A DNA stretch of 64,000 nt from Mobula birostris (Eukaryota): positions 138,486,104-138,550,103 of the forward strand of contig NC_092377.1 of NCBI RefSeq assembly GCF_030028105.1. Reading direction: 5' to 3'. Numbering within the stretch: position 1 is the stretch's first letter; each line of letters starts with the position of its first letter. Under the pieces are notes generated by a model. The model saw nothing but the letters and a program-made list of their open reading frames with translations, was not told the origin of the DNA and did no database searches. Positions 63,174 to 64,000 of the stretch are shown here, one piece after another. Position numbers and translations under genes: made by a program.

Positions 63174-64000
63174 TTTTAGCGTTATAGAGGGATGGATCAC
63201 TCTCTTAACTACTTGAAAGCAATAGATACAAATGGTCCTGCTACAACAATCAGCTGTATCCATTGATTAAAGCGTTGCATATTTCTTACCTACAAGATTG
63301 GATGATTGTACGCTAACTTCTTTTCCTGAGAAGCTGGTGATGTATCTGTTTCTATAATCCTATTGGGTAGGAAAGCGTTGGTGATTATATGTCCAGTTCA
63401 GGATGGAATTCATCTTGGAGGTGATTATATTCATATGGTTTGGACTTCTTTCTGGGTGGTGGGGGTTACAATGAAGCAACTTAAAGGGAGTCTTTTACTT
63501 AGCAGTGATGGAGCAATTCAGTATTGAGGACATTGCAGTCACCGTGATGTGTTGTACTACTCGTCCATTTGTAAGTATTTGTAAGTGCTACTTGTATGAA
63601 TTGTATTATTATATTCCAAGCTTGAATGGCCTTAGTGATAAAGAATCTTTCAAGTATTGGGAGCCAAGCCAGTCTCTGTCCAGATCTGATTTTGGGCATG
63701 ATTGTGATAATGGTACTGTTCTTAACAAAAAGAAGCTGATTACAGTTTCTCTTGTTCAAGAGAATCATTGTCTGCTCTTTTAGGGTGTAGATTTCATGTT
63801 CTTATTGTTAACATAAGCAGAATGTACTATGAATCCTGACATAAGTAGGTTTGAATTCTGTATTGTGGGTAGGATTATGAATGGATCTGAACACTGAACT
63901 TGTCTAGCTGTTGCTCTAAACTTGACCTTGTGTTAGAAGGGGAGTCATCAATTAAGAAGCTGAGGATTGGCCTGATAAATTTTGAAAATATTGTATGTAA

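Noticed and set aside
63499-63783. Overlapping ORFs as LETM2 exon 3
   Set aside because: No similarity to the LETM2 sequence I recall and no convincing splice sites; the next exon probably lies beyond the window.

Overview
Eukaryotic, repeat-rich vertebrate genomic DNA, most likely from a cartilaginous fish (inferred from the Rex1/CR1/Penelope repeat content and the divergence of the NSD3 protein). It holds the 5' ends of two divergently transcribed genes. NSD3 (WHSC1L1, H3K36 methyltransferase) is on the minus strand, with a CpG-island promoter and exon 1 at ~15.7-16.15 kb and its first coding exon at 4594-5318. LETM2 is on the plus strand, with a CpG-island promoter and exon 1 at ~48.0-48.4 kb and its first coding exon at 59960-60011. 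The ~32 kb between the promoters and the introns are filled with decayed mobile elements: Rex1/Babar, CR1, L2, RTE, RTE-X, R4/Dong, Hero, Penelope-like elements, tRNA-derived SINEs, a solo LTR, and hAT/Tigger/mariner derivatives. The most notable items are: short Penelope-derived inserts carrying a minimal hammerhead ribozyme, two with target-site duplications; a 2.8-kb G-quadruplex-prone minisatellite just inside LETM2 intron 1; a duplicated CCAAT plus ZNF143-type module in the NSD3 promoter; out-of-frame uORFs overlapping both start codons; two Dong/R4 insertions in one (TAA)n tail; and multi-level nested insertions. All calls were read by eye. Transposon family names rest on recalled motifs, and boundaries without a TSD are approximate.
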